Source of the DNA: Vicugna vicugna
Taxonomy: Eukaryota
Direction: 5' to 3'
DNA length: 64,000 nucleotides
NCBI GenBank assembly: GCA_013265495.1
Contig: MU061538.1
Location: 808,001 to 872,000 of the forward strand
This document shows positions 1-12,756 of the stretch, in pieces; positions within the stretch are counted from its first letter, which is position 1; the number at the start of each line of letters is the position of its first letter. The notes below the pieces were generated by a model that saw nothing but the letters and a program-made list of their open reading frames with translations, had not been told where the DNA came from and made no database searches. The translations under genes and the position numbers were made by a program.

Positions 1-1254
1 ATAAGGACTCCCCGCTTTGTCTCACTGGAGCTGGGGTGTGGCCAGCCCAAGCCCATGGATGCAGGATCTCAGAGGCTGAGCCTTGCCCCGTCTTATGCAG
101 GCTTTACAGGGCAGCTGCAGTGAAATGCCCTCTAACCAGGGCTGGCAGCTGGCCTGCAGCAGCGCTCAGGGCTCAGCCCCACTGCACCTGCATTGGAACA
201 AGTCCAGGAGGCAGCCCCAAGGGCCTGGGCCTGGGGCCGGGGGGCCAGGTCTGGGGACTCACGGCTCCTGCTGCTCTGCACACACAGCTGGAGGGGAGGT
301 GGGGTGGCCCCCAGGGCGGCTGACCTGCTCTGACCCTTTTCTGCCTGGAGCCAGGCACTCACGGCTGAGTGAAAGTAACGGGGCTTGCTCAGCCGGTATC
401 TCAGGGGCCTCTGCCCTGGGGACAGCCTTCCCTCTGGCTGCCAGGCCCCCCTCACACCCCGACCAACCCGCTTGGGTGTCAAGGCTTCCTCTTGTGAATT
501 CCAGGTGACCCAGAGGAGGGTGCAGACACCCCGTCCCCAACTGACCCAATTCCTCACTTGCCACTCCAAATTCCGTGTTACCAGTGATTAAACATCTTCT
601 AGAAATTTCAAAATTGAAATGATTTGCATCTTTACAAATCATTACCAAGAATAACAATTAGGATTCTGTGAGAGTCTGAGGCTTTTTTAAAATAGTCTAT
701 ACTTGTACGGAACGGCTCAGAAATACTCCAACACGTTCTAGAGCAAAGTCAGGGGGCCGAGGAAATCCTTCCACCAGCAAACAATGCGGGCCCGGGGCAT
801 CTCAGGAAAGCAGGCCTGAGAAGAAGGTGGAGAATGGGGGCTTCCGCGGGCAGACGGGGTGAGGAGGCAGGAAGGCCATCCGGCGGGGCTGCAGAGCAGG
901 GGGGCTGGAGCAGGGAGGCCGGGCCCTGAGCTGAGGAAACCAGCCTGGATCCCGCGTCAGACTCAGCCAGCCTCCCGGGCCAGAGCCCTGCTCCTCAGAC
1001 TCACAGGGATCTCGTGAGTCACAGAACAAGAAATACAAGGGGCCGGTAAACAGAAAAATAAAACGCTGCTAGTAAGTGATCAGAGGCACGAAAGCAAGAC
1101 GCAGTCTCTGAGCGGACCGGCAGCGCCGGGAGCTGGGAGACTCGGCCAGGTCTCGCGGGGGGCGCGCCCGCCCCGTCGGGTGGCAGATGTGCAGCCAGCT
1201 CGGTGTCCAGACCCCGCATACATGTTATCTTCTCACGTTCATTTTATTCTTAAC

Positions 1255-1388
1255 TTCATTTATTTATTTTTTAATTTTTGTGGGGGAGGTAATTAGGTGT
1301 ATTTATTTTAAATGGAGGTACCGGGGCTTGAACCCAGGACCTCAGGCACGCTAAGTACACGCTCTACCACTGAGCTGTACCCTCCTCC
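1255..1388 (-). mobile_element. tRNA-derived SINE, Vic-1-like (camelid)
   Basis: Reverse complement reads ggagggtacagctcagtggtagagcgtg...gtcctgggttcaagccccggtacctcc (Pol III A/B boxes) plus A-rich tail with cctaattacctcccc. Confidence 0.85.
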
Positions 1389-2563
1389 TATTTCTAGCTT
1401 TTTAATCAAGATACAATTCTCACATAGCATAAAATTCACCCTCTTTTTTTTAAAACACCTTTCCTGTGGTATGATTCCTGTACAATAAACGACACATATT
1501 TCAGACATAGGATCTAATGAAAAATTCACCCACTCATAGTGTATAATCCAGGGGTTTTGTGCATCCACTGAGTTGTGCGACCACCCCCATTGCCAACTGC
1601 AGAGCAATTTCTTCAGCCCCCACCCCCTCCCCAGACGCCGTCCATCTGCTTTCTGTCTCTGCATTTGCCTGTTCCAGACAGTCCATGTAAAAGGAACTGT
1701 TTTCTTTTTCCCTTTCAACTTAACTCGGATTTTATTAGGCGCAGCAGCGTCTGCGTGTATTTGGATCAGTAGCATGTGTCCATGTGAGGCGCATCCGTTA
1801 AGCCGGCCTCCGAGAGCCTTCGGCCCACAGCCTCTGATGCACCAGCTCTGCTGATGGGCGCCTGCTCCCCAGGCACCTGCAGGAGAGCACAAAGCCGTAC
1901 AGGTTAGCGTGTGCTGCGTGACTGGAGTAGCGGGAATGGAGTTACCCCAAGTGCTCGTTACTAGTCAATTGGTGGACTTAGCCATGGTGGCACTGTGCGG
2001 TGGAGTAGTACACAGCCACTAGAAAGAGGGCAGGTCCAGATGTTCTGGCTTGGGAGGCTGTCATTCTTCATGATGGACGTGTGTTTATGTGTCACAGGGA
2101 CATAGATTAAAAGTTAGCGATAACAGTCAGCCAACAAAAGAAAAGACCCACACCAGACACATAAGGAAAACCATTCAAGACATTCATCTGTAAGCCACAC
2201 TGCCCACGTTGAGATCAGAACCCTGTCTCCACCGTCACAGCCTGACCACTTCCTGGTAACAAGCTTCCCAGAAGCCACCTTTGTCATCAGCGTTGCTGGG
2301 TGAACAGCCCCAGGCAGACACAAGTGCGTGGTCTTGGTTGCTGTTCTTGCATTTATTTGGTTTCCAGAACAGCGACTGGTGAAGTGTCGCTGGCCCCAGA
2401 TGGGGTCCACCTCCTTCTCCATGGCAACAGTCAACATCCGTCCTCAGACGAGGCTGCACCAGCGCCGACTAAGCTTGCTCTGCGACTTCCCCTTTCCTGG
2501 ACTCCTGGAAGATCACCCCACTTTTCTTCAAAGGCAAAGACTCGAACTTTTTTACTGCAGCCC

Positions 2564-2968
2564 TGTGTTAGAGGCTGAACTGAGTCCCCCAAACTGTGTC
2601 ACATGCTGGGGTCCTAACCCCCAGGACCTTGCATGTGACTGTACTTGGAGACAGTTCTTTAGGGTGAACAGGTGAAGATGAGCCCTTCCTTAGGGTCCTC
2701 AGGTCAATAGGGTGACCATCATCTGGCCTAATACAAAGGGGAAATTTGGACACAGAGATGGAGGTTGAGGGAGGGTGACGTGAGGACCCAGGGGGAGTCG
2801 GCCGTGTGCAAGCCAGAGAGAGGCCGGAGCAGTGTCTCCTTCCAGCCTCGGTTGGACCCAACACTGCCGACACCTTGATCTGGGCTCTTGGCTCAGGAAC
2901 CATGAGACAATCAGTGTCTGTTGTCTAAGGGGCCGGTGCCTCGTTTCGGCCGCCCCGGCAAACCAGCA
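2564..2968 (+). mobile_element. MaLR LTR (MLT1-like)
   Basis: Hallmarks gtcccccaaa, gtcctaaccccca, tgtgactgtacttggagacag, gccgacaccttgatctggg, gaaccatgagacaat. Confidence 0.75.
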
Positions 2969-3109
2969 GGGGCTCTGTGCGCACGGAGAACGAGCACTCT
3001 GACTCCGGCCGTGACACACTGAATGTGCGTGACTGCCGTGTCCCATGCCATCACACAGATGCACAGCTGTGACAGTGATCTGAATCACTTACTGGTTTTA
3101 TTTCTGTAT

Positions 3110-3223
3110 TTCTTTTGCGGGGGGGAGTGTAATTAGGTTGATTTATTTACTTGTTTGTTTAATGGAGGCAATGGGGAGGGAACCCAGGACCTCGTGCATG
3201 CTCAGCACGAGCTCCACCCTCCC
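3110..3223 (-). mobile_element. Vic-1-like SINE, degenerate
   Basis: B box (aacccaggacctcgtgcatgct on +) and the same aattagg tail motif. Confidence 0.75.
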
Positions 3224-3473
3224 TGCCGCCCAGCTTTTATTTCTTTTTGCTCTGTGGCTGTGTTAACTCCCCAGCACAACATCCAAACCTGTTAAATGCT
3301 TCTCTTTAGACACATCTTTCTCTGTTACATTCTGACCTTATTGGATGTGTTTCCAAAATCCTCTCATCAGGTGATTACAGACCAGCCCTTGTACTTTTAT
3401 CCTCCTTCATGAATCTGGATAGGTTCAATGCTAAGAGAGCACCCTTATCTCCACGTCCCAGGGACACTGCAGG

Positions 3474-3672
3474 GGCAGGGCTCCGAGAACTTTCAGTCAA
3501 GGGCAAAGTAGTGTTTTAGACCTTCTGGGCCACACGTGGTCTCTGCTGTATGTTCCTCCTTGCTTGCTTGTTTTTTGCAGCCCTATAAAAAAACGTGGAA
3601 CCCGATCCTGGCTCCAGGGCGGTACAAAAACTGACTGCATTCAGTCCCAGAGCTATAGTTTGCTGTCCCCTG
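3474..3672. mobile_element. MER58-like hAT-Charlie DNA transposon relic
   Basis: caggg...aactt...aagggc, tgggccacacgtggtctctg, and terminal tagtttgctgtcccctg. Confidence 0.55.
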
Positions 3673-4484
3673 ACTGGGAGCAGGATCGTGGAGTTTAAAT
3701 TTCTGAAGAATTCAAAGGGGTGACGCTAAGTAAATGCAGTGAGAGAATCACCCGGTGGGGAAGGCGAGTTTCAGGGACACAACCTGATGGTCCAGGGCCC
3801 CTACGTGGGTCCTTGTCCGGGGAGAGCTCAGGTGCAGCTCATCCCGTGGACTCGGCCACGCTCTCCTTCTCTGCAGGTGCGTCTTGTGTGCCTGCACCGA
3901 GAGGGAGTGCAGTAACGGCTGTCAAAAGAATGCGCGAGTGAAATTCTCGTTGTTGTGCTGAGGATTCTGGGGGGGGCCTGGTTTCTGTCCTCCGGCTCAT
4001 CTGCATCCATATCCTGTCCTCTTGCCAGCTCTGCATGCACTTGGGCCAGAAGCGGCCTCTGCCAAGGTCGGGCATCCACTCGACGGCCAGACCCGGCAGG
4101 TCCCGCCGACACGACGCCCAGGTTTGTAAGTGAATTGAGGAATTCCCTGTTTCTCTAACAAATAAACGCGCATGAAATCATCATCATCAGGGAATTACAA
4201 ACCAAAACCATTCTGGGCACTTATCTGCGGGAGAGCAAAAAGACGTTCACAGGGAAACCGTACCCAAGTGCTCACGGCACTTCACTCGTCATAAATAACC
4301 GTGACAAACTGTGACGGTCACACGGAGCGTGCACCACAGCCCAGCCATAGAAAGAAACGAACCGCGGGTCCCGCGGCCCTTGGATTAATCCCCAGGGACG
4401 AGGCTGAGTGAGCAAGCCCCCCAGTCCATTGCAGTGCCCGGCTCACAGCTCCCCAGACCCAGGCATTCCCTGAGCAATAAGAGC

Positions 4485-5295
4485 GATGGGGTATTTGTGG
4501 CTTGTCCCCCTTCCAGAAGGTGACTTCTGGATCCCACCCAAGGGCGGGCGCCGGCTGCCTGGGTTGGAGGGCTGGAGCTTTCAGCCAACCCCCCACCCCC
4601 AGCCCGGCCCACTGACCCCGACCTGAGCAGAGACGGGAGGGGCTGGGGCTGAGTCGTTCACCAGTGGCCAGGGAGTCAGTCGTGCCTCTGCAGTGAAGCC
4701 TCCACAAAACCTGGAGGACTGGGCTTGGGCAGCGGGGACGGGGAGGGTGGCGTCTGGGGGCAGGGAAGATCCGCGCCCCGCGTCCACGCCGTGCCCTTGT
4801 CTCTCGGTCTGACTGCTGTTTCCTTCCCGTAAAATCCGTTGATCATAAATCGGAGGCGGGGTGTAGCTCAGCGGCAGAGCCCGTGCCTAGCAGGCACGAG
4901 GTCCTGGGTTCAGCCCCCAGCGCTGCACTCCACTAAAAAGCAAAAAAGTGAGTAAATAATCTTAATTGCCTCCTCCCAAAAAACAAACAGGACAAAATAA
5001 TACAAAAAAATACATAGAGCGGAAGTCTAGTGAGTCTAGTAAATTTTCCTCAGTTCTGTGAGCCTCTCTGGCCAATTAATTGACCCCAAGGAGGCATCGT
5101 GGGGACCTCTGAACTACAGCCAGTGGGTCAGAAGCACAGGTGACAACCTGGACTTGCAACTGGTGTGCGAAGCGGAGGCTGGTCGTGGGGGATGGCCTCC
5201 ACTTGTGGGTCTGACTCCCCACGGAGACGCGGTCGGGGCTCCGCCCCCTGCTGGTGCCCGAGGCTTGCTTGCTGGCGTGGGGAAGCCTCCTCAAA
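4485..5295 (+). mobile_element. MER21-like LTR, split by a SINE
   Basis: gggttggagggctggagctttcagcc; ttcctcagttctgtgagcctctctggccaattaattgacccc; ggtcagaagcacaggtgacaacctggacttgc. Confidence 0.6.
4853..5011 (+). mobile_element. Vic-1-like SINE inserted in a MER21-like LTR
   Basis: gggtgtagctcagcggcagagc...gaggtcctgggttcagccccc, A-rich tail. Confidence 0.8.
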
Positions 5296-5394
5296 CGCAC
5301 GCATGCACAGGCACACTCACGCGCGCACACACAGGCACACGCACAGGCACAGGCACAGGCACACGCACGCACACGTGTGCTGGAGCTGGAGCTG

Positions 5395-5690
5395 AAGGGG
5401 GAGGCTCTGGCCCAGGCCTCTCCTCCAGTTCCCGGTGGTGGCCGAGGTCCTTGGCTGGTAGACGCCTCACTCCAATCTCTGCCCCTTGTCACGTGACCCT
5501 CTCCCTGCGCGTGTATGTGCCTAAATTTCTGTCTCCTTAAAAGGCCACCTGTCATTGGGTCAGAGCCCACCCGAATCTCCTGTGACCTCACCTGAACTTG
5601 GCCACGTCGGCAAAGACCTCACTTCCAAGTAGGGCCCCACTCACAAGCCCTGCGGCTTCAACATGTCTTTCTGGGGGCACAGTCAGCCCC
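5395..5690 (-). mobile_element. MaLR LTR (MLT1-like)
   Basis: actccaatctctgcc, gtcattgggtcagagcccacc, gcaaagacctcacttccaagtagg, ttcaacatgtctttctgggggcacag. Confidence 0.7.
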
Positions 5691-5828
5691 CCGCAGCCAG
5701 TGCCTGGAGAAGACGGCCTGTTTGCCTCTCAAGGCTGCACCCCCAGGCCAGGGGCTCTTCCTGGGGGACCACCGCCCAGGAGACGGTGCACACAGCAAAC
5801 CTGGGCCACTGGGGCTTGTAGAAAGGCA

Positions 5829-6268
5829 TGACACGAAGCAGGGAAGGAGCTCTGTGTTCTACTGCAGGTCACTCAAGGGATGCCACCTGTGAGCGTAAGT
5901 TACACAGCACGGCCCACCTCGGAGAACCCGCCTCCCGGTGATGGGCGCTGAGCTAAAACTCCTCTATTTGGCTCACAGGCCACATCCTGACCAGGCCCCG
6001 CTGCAAGTGACCGGGAAGGAGGAAATTAACACGTCCCTTCCGGAGGCTGAGCAGAACCAGGAAGCGTCTGACGTGACCCCCTCCCCTTTTAGTATAAGAC
6101 AAGCCTGAACTCTAACTCAGGCAACGTGGATCTTTGGGCCACACTAGCCCCCCAGTTTCTCAGTCTGCTGGCTTCCAGGATAAAGTCACTGTTTCGTGTC
6201 CTGACACCTCGTCTCTTGGTTTGCTGGCGCATCGTGTGGCGAGCAGTACCAGCTTGGACTTGGTAACA
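5829..6268 (+). mobile_element. ERV1-type solo LTR
   Basis: Starts TG, ends ggtaaCA; TATA-like tagtataag; poly(A)-signal-like gataaagtc. Confidence 0.65.
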
Positions 6269-6362
6269 GTCTGATTAATGAAATAAAACTCATTTTAAAT
6301 GTTCCTGAGTTTCCCTCCTTTCATAAAAACCCAAATTATAATTGCTGCTGCTTGAAGGGCCA

Positions 6363-8183
6363 TGGTTACCTTCCGGTGTCAAACGTGGGCATCGAGCAGG
6401 ACCCTGGGGGCCCTCCTGGGTACAAAAGCCCCTCTGCATTCTGTTTCTCGTTTGTAGAAAAAGCCTTCCGTCCCGAGCCTTCCCTGCGCTCCAGGGAGCA
6501 GGCAGGTACTAGGTAGGGGAGTGAGGGACCCGCAGAAACAGGGAGAGCGACCACGCAAGGGAAGCGCTGGGAAGGGTTCAGGGCTAGCCCCCCACCCCGC
6601 CCCCCACTCACTCAGCCGCCTGCACCTCATCTGTGACTTGTCCTGTGGAGACTAAGACCCCTCCTGGAGGAGGGCTAATAAAATGGCCGCACTTAGGCCA
6701 ACAGATGGCTGATTTGCAGGCTCACCCTTGCAACGGCCCACTGGCCCCGCCGGCCAGTCGCTGCTCACGGCTCCAGGCCTGTTGTTGAAACTGAAGCTAC
6801 TGGTGTTCCTACTTCTGCTTTACTCCCGTCATTGCAGGTCATCGGCCTGCTGGGTCTCTGAGCCCTTCTCCAAGGAGGTCACAGGACTGTCACCTCACAA
6901 AACAGCCTGAATGGCCAGGAAGGCCACGCCTTGAGCACTTACGAGATAAAGAGATCTAACTGCTCACTGGCCGCCCAGAGGCCTCTTGCGCCATTCTGCC
7001 TTCTGATGAGAAGATGGCTGTGCTGCTCGTCATCGGTGCTTTGGCGTTTGGGTTCTGGCTGTGTAACCGCCCCACCCCGTCCCAGAGGGGCTCGCAGTTC
7101 TGCAGGCAGCAGCCTGCGGTGGGTCCCCTTTGCCCAGCAAAGCAATAAAGCTGCCGCTTCTAAGCGCCAAGGCCTTGTCTCTGGGTTGTTCGGCTCGTCA
7201 GGGACGGGGCCGATCTTTCGGCAACACTCCCAGGTGGAGGATGGCGGCTGCGCACTGACCACAAGCACGGAGACCCCAGATGGGACAAAGCCAGGAGGCT
7301 GATGACAGGGATTCCTGAAACGGGGGGTGGGGGGAGGCTACGGCTCGGTCAGAGCATGTGCTCAGCTCAGCATGCACGAGGCCCTGGGTTCAACCCCCAG
7401 TCCCTCCTCTAAAAATAAATAAGTACACCTGATTACCCCCCACCAACACGCACACCAAAGGTTCCTGAAACGTCACCCTGTTACCTCGTCACCAACCAGT
7501 CAGAGGAAAGTCTACCAGTTGCAACCCTCACCCCACGTGTTGCCTCTGCAAACGCCTCCCCTGAAAGCCAGCAGGGGTTTGGTCTTTTGACGAGTTCTCC
7601 TTGCTTGGTTGTGAATGAAAAATACTGCAGACCATATCAGTAAACAAAGAACGCTGAAGCCATCAAGTCATCAGCAGCCGCCACCTCCCCCCAACCCCAG
7701 TGAGGACCAGCCTGCCACCCGGCCTCTGCAGCCACTCACAGTGGTGCCCCCTCAGGGGACTCAGAACAAGAAAGGACAGGACACTGGCCCTAGACAGCAA
7801 GGTGCTTGTCAGAGGAATGGATTCACCGAGCCCAAGTGTTTGCTTCCTCCCATGCACAGAATAGCGCTAAATTCTTTCACTTAGGATGCCTGGTTTTCTT
7901 TAGATAACAAGCAATCTTTCATTGTTCCAACTCCCTGGTCTCTGTCGTAAAGCTCCTGCATATCCTGGCTCCTCCCCTGCCTCTTGGAGCAGCTCCTCAG
8001 AGCATCTGAGAGGCTGTCAGCCCAGCTCGAGTCCTCCCGCCAAATAACTCGCAACTTGTAGGTGTGTGTGTGTGTCAGTCAGCAGCGCCCCGCAAACGCA
8101 CACTGGGTTCCTTCCCCGCAAGCTAGCGTCCTCAGGCTGGCTCTGCGGCCGGCCGGGGAGCGGCTCACGCCGGGTCCGGCACA
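6363..8183 (+). mobile_element. Nested ERV LTR cluster: outer LTR containing inner LTRs at 6665-7226 and ~7610-8084 plus a SINE
   Basis: The first inner LTR has TG...CA ends, an internal AATAAA and a 4-bp TSD CTCC (6661-6664 / 7227-7230). Outer LTR sequence resumes after each insertion. Confidence 0.65.
7323..7461 (+). mobile_element. Vic-1-like SINE with TSD, inside an ERV LTR
   Basis: B box gaggccctgggttcaaccccc; flanking direct repeat TTCCTGAAACG at 7312-7322 and 7462-7472. Confidence 0.85.
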
Positions 8184-9619
8184 GCGAGGCCCGTCCTGTG
8201 GGTTTTCCTCACGGCGCTTTCCAGAACTCGAATTAGAGCCCTGATCGTGGAGCCGCGTGCTCAGAGTCTGCTTCCCCACCGTGAGGTCGGGGCTTCGACC
8301 CGTGACTGCAGCTGGTCGGCGGCAGGCGCCCCGCCAGCCGTGGTCGAGTGCACAGGAAGGAACAGTGGGGAGAGTGGACAGGGTGGGGGTGGAGCTGACA
8401 AAATCACGCGGCCGCTGGGCTACAAACCAGGGACACAAGTACTACGGTTACAACAGAGTAGGCTGCTCACACTGTGATCCGGTGGCTCATCTTCGTGACT
8501 TTGAAATCTTTGCATTTTGAGCTTAAAGTCTGCAGACCCGGAGACGTGAGTCCTGACAGAAGGGTCCCTGAACATCCCCTGAAGCAGGACTGAATCTCCC
8601 TCACCGACTGCTCGTGCTCATGCTGTGACCACGGGGATACCGTGCACACCGGGGCAGGGGGATGAACGCCCTGCCGTGGAAAAGGCTCCGAGCCCTTAGA
8701 GCCCAGGTAACGATGTGCTCACCTGGGCCCCGACTGCATCGCAGGTCAGAGCTTTCCAGGAGGTTCTGGTGCCGGCTGAGGTCAGGACCCACAGTGTCCA
8801 GGGGCGGGCTCCTGGGGCCCTCGGGCCGGGATAAGATAAGGGCCTCTCTGAGCCTCCAGGGCCAGACGGCCCTCCTGCGGTCTCACCTGCTGATGGTAGG
8901 CGCGCCGCACCCCTGGGGGACAGGCTGACCCTCGGCCCACAATCCTGGGCCATAGTCCACGCAGGCCCGGGGCTTTCTGGGGCTGGTCCTGGGATTAGCT
9001 GCGTGGCAGCCCCACCCTGCCCTCCCCACCCCGGCTGAGCCAGCCGTCCCAGCCAGGCTTACTCAGCACTCACCTGTGCAGGTGCTGGAGCCAGTGCCCC
9101 GCCTCCTTGACCCGTGGGCCTCGCAGTCCGTCCCACGGGCCTGCCCCGGTCTCCCCAGCCCGGGCCCGTCCCTCTGCTTGGCAGAAGTGAAGGTCGGGGC
9201 TCTTGGCCCAAGTGCCCCCAGGGGAGGAGACACCTGTCCAGCTCTCAGGTGTGTGGACGGTTTTCCTCCAGGACCGGCCTGGGCCAGGGGTGGTGGAGGA
9301 CCACAGGTGCCCACTGGCTCACACGCATTCACACGCACGCACTCACCTACACTCGCATCTCTGCACAAACACGCATGTGCTCAGCCCGCTCATGCTCCCC
9401 CTCCCCTCCCCACTCCTGCCCCTCAAAGAGAACCGGCATCACCTGTCCTCGCTGGGGCAGCTGAGGAAGGAGAGGTTCTCACCTGGAGACACTCTAAGCT
9501 TTAACGTTGGTCAGGTCTCTGCTTCATGTCTCTTTAAATACCATGTTTTCAGTTGTGACATTAACATCAGCCCAAAGTAAATATTCAAACAGCACAAATG
9601 AGCCTCCACCCCAAAGGCA

Positions 9620-10360
9620 ATCGCAGTCCCTCATCCAGCTGTTTGTCTATCCCTTGCTGTTTGTCTATCTTGTATGTAGTAGTATCTTCTGATCGCAAAC
9701 TCCTAATTCATCCCTCCCCCCGACCCTTTTCTCCCTGATAATCGTAAGTTTGTTTTCTACGTCTGCGAGTCTATTTCTGGTTTGCAAATAAGTTCATTTG
9801 TATTATTTTTTTAGACTCCACATGTAAGTGGTATCATGTGATATTTGTCTTTCCCTGTCTGACTTCACTTATTATGACCATCTCTAGGTCCATCCACGTT
9901 GCTGCAAATGGCAACATTTCATTCTTTTTTAAGGCCGAGTAGTACTCCGTTGTGTACACACACCACATCTTTATTCATGCATCATTCTTTAGGTTTTTTT
10001 TTGATTGTAGTAAAATACACATAACACAATTTGCCACCGTGACCACTTTCATTGTCGAGCTCAGGGGCGTTAAGCACGTTCACAGTGTGTGTAACCATCA
10101 CCACCATCATCTCCAGACCTTCTCATCTTCCCAGATGGAAACTCCGTCCCCATGACACGCCGACTCGCCATCTCCTGCCCCAGCCCCTGGCCCCCTTCCT
10201 GGTCTCTGCCTCTGTGGCTCTGATGCCCTAGGCCCTCGCATGAGTGCAATCACGCAGCCTCGGTCCTGCTGTGACTGGCGTAGTGCCCTGAGCACCCGTC
10301 CTTAAGTCTCTTCCGCGTTGCAGCAGGTGTCAGATTTCCTCCCTTTAGGCTGAATAGTTT
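9620..10360 (-). mobile_element. Two adjacent L1 3'-end fragments
   Basis: L1 3' region text tctaggtccatccacgttgctgcaaatggc...ttcattctttttt, then L1M-like gtaaaatacacataacacaatttgccac. Confidence 0.75.
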
Positions 10361-11637
10361 GGGACTCGGACCTCGCAGAGACGGCCTGGCACCCCCTTGG
10401 CACCCTTTCACCCCTCTCCGTACCCTCTCTGTGCTGGGTCAGAGGCCTCCCTCCCAGATGCTCCAGAATCAGCTCAGAATTCGCACTCCTGGGCCCCAAA
10501 CAGGAAGATGGAGGAATAATGAAACAACAGGTGACGTTTACCCTCCCTGTCCTGAGGGCTTTGTGGTCACAACCACTGCTCTTAGCGGCACCTCATCCCG
10601 GGAGCCAGTGGGAAGGGGGCTCCTCAGGGTCAAAGCCCTGCTGCCCGGGCCCATCCCCCACTGGCACCTTCCCGGGGCTGCCTTCGTTGTGGGGCAGGGG
10701 TCCTGCTGTGTCCTCCTCCAGCCACTCGGGCGGGGGCAGGGGGTGTGGACTCCTGACCCCTGTCCCCCGACGCCCTCCTGGCCACGGGCATCCCAGGTAC
10801 CCGGCAGGTGCCCACCTGTGCCTGCCCGGCCCCCTCCTCAGGCACCCTGGCCTCGACCCAGCACCTTCCCTGGAGAGGCAGCCTCCAAAGGCCCCTGGAG
10901 ACAACCCTCCCAGCTGGCAGGCAGGAGCTCCTCTGCCCTGGGGGCTGCCAGCTGTTCACACGCTAGCGCGAACAAGCTGATCTTGCAGTCTGGCTGAGAC
11001 AGAGGGCCATTCAGGGGAGGGGCAGGGAATTTCCCGGGAGCGGGTCTGGGTGGGGCCCCAGATTTCCCAGAGGCCTGCAGGCGATGAGCTCGGGGTGGGG
11101 CACAGAGAGGACAGACGTCAGGGCTCCCGTTCTGCTCGGGGCGCTCTTCCCGGGGACTTGGGGTGAGCGGCAGCCAGGCCTGCAGCCACTCTCCCTTGTC
11201 CAGGGCCGTCCTGGGACGAGGGACACCATCTTCTAAGTCTGCGTAAGCGCTGGGGGGTTGGGCGGGGGCCCAGTACTGACCCGTCGTGGGTCTGGCCCCC
11301 AGACGTCTCCCCCAGGAGACTGCCCAGCATTCACTCCAGTGTAACACTTATCCCCGGTCTCTCCACCAGGAGCCTATTTTAGTGGGTCTCATGTTTCTGC
11401 CCGTTTTGGGGGCAGAGACACTGGCTGCCTTTTCACGAGGCTGGCGCAGCACCGGTCTTGGTGGCAGCTAAGGACTTGCTGAGGGCAAAGGTCAGAGAAG
11501 ACTGGTCAGGCACCCGGCCACCGCAGGGCCACCCCGTCCACGGGGCCTTCTCACCCCGCGGGAGCTCGGGGTCAGGAAACCCACAGACACCAGGCCAGTG
11601 CCGGGTCCCCCTTGCTGCCCCTGCCTGTGACAGGGCT

Positions 11638-11720
11638 CCCTCGGCCTGCCCCGTGCGTGGCCCCTCGGCCTGTCCCCTTGGCCTGCCCCGTGCGGGGCCC
11701 CTCGGCCCGCCCCGTGGGCC
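11638..11720. repeat. GC-rich minisatellite, ~24-bp unit
   Basis: ccctcggcctgccccgtgcgtggc in about 3.5 imperfect copies. Confidence 0.7.
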
Positions 11721-12168
11721 TGCAGTAGGGTGGGACTCAGGCTTGCCCTGGTCTTGTCACCTGGGAAGCACTGGCCTTCTATTCTCCGGGAGAGGGAGCC
11801 CTCAACAAATACAGGAGCAAAGTGCAGGCCCCTAGGGCTCCAGGTGGAGCTGCCGGCCAGTGGGGGAGCTCCGGGGTGCCCCGAGGAAGGGCCAGGCCCT
11901 GCGGGAGGCCCCCACCCCCAGCAGTGTGAGGACACCTGAGTGTGCCTCAGGGAAGTGAAACTCACTTTTCACAGCTTCTGGGGGAAGCTGGTATTCAGGG
12001 AAAACTTTCCTCTCTCTTCGCCAGCCCTGCCCCAGCCCCTGCCTGGGTGCGGCCAGTGGGACCAGGCAGGGACACCGCTCCAGTCCTGGCCAGAACCCGC
12101 CCGCAGGCTGCAGAGTCCCTGGTGCCAGGCCGGGCAGGGCCTCGTGGGCCTGGGGTCCCGAGGTGGGG

Positions 12169-12756
12169 TTAGTGTTTGTGGCCACGGCTGGCACGTCGCC
12201 TTCTGGCACGCCCGAACTTCCGGCCCTTGGACCGTACATAGGGTTTGGTGTGGCTGTGTGGGGTGCCTGGGGCCTGCACACGTCTTGGCCCTCGCGAGGA
12301 CCGGAGAGCAGACAGTGCCACAGCCCTTGGGCGAGTCCAGGGCCAGCTGGTCGAAGGTGAAGACCTTGCCCCCGGCCTTGAGGATGCAGCTCCGGGCACG
12401 GCTGCTCACTCGCAGGGCACGTGCCTTCCGCTTGGGCACCTCCGGGACACGCACATCGTTGGTTATGGTCCCCACAACCGCAGCTGTTCTGCCTTCCTGA
12501 CCAGGAAGCTTCATCTTCCGGATCGTCCGAGAAAGGGACAGAGGTGGCCGGTGGGTGCGACTCATGAACCACCTCTTCAGTACAACCTGACTGAAGGTGG
12601 AGTTCATTCGTCCAGCCAGAAACGGTACAGCTTGCCCAGCAGCCTTAGGTAGATGCCTGGCTCCCGGGCTCCTTGCGCCGACCCTTTCGGCCTCGTTGTG
12701 GCGGATGTCAGCTCCCACGATGGCGCCGCCTCCTTAGCCAGGTCCGGAAAAAGGGG
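12169..12756 (-). pseudogene. RPL18: Processed pseudogene of 60S ribosomal protein L18 (eL18)
   Basis: Intronless copy with the 5'TOP-like leader ccctttttccggacctgg. Start ATG changed to GTG (12716-12718). Peptides xGADIRHN..., [26 protein letters not shown]..., [16 protein letters not shown] and [19 protein letters not shown]...* are recognisable. Several 1-nt deletions and a ~13-nt deletion. Confidence 0.95.

Noticed and set aside
5300..5376. (GCACAG)n/(CA)-rich tract and other short repeats (14797-14825, 38135-38160, 21686-21708)
   Set aside because: Ordinary simple repeats without unique spacers; not CRISPR-like and not coding
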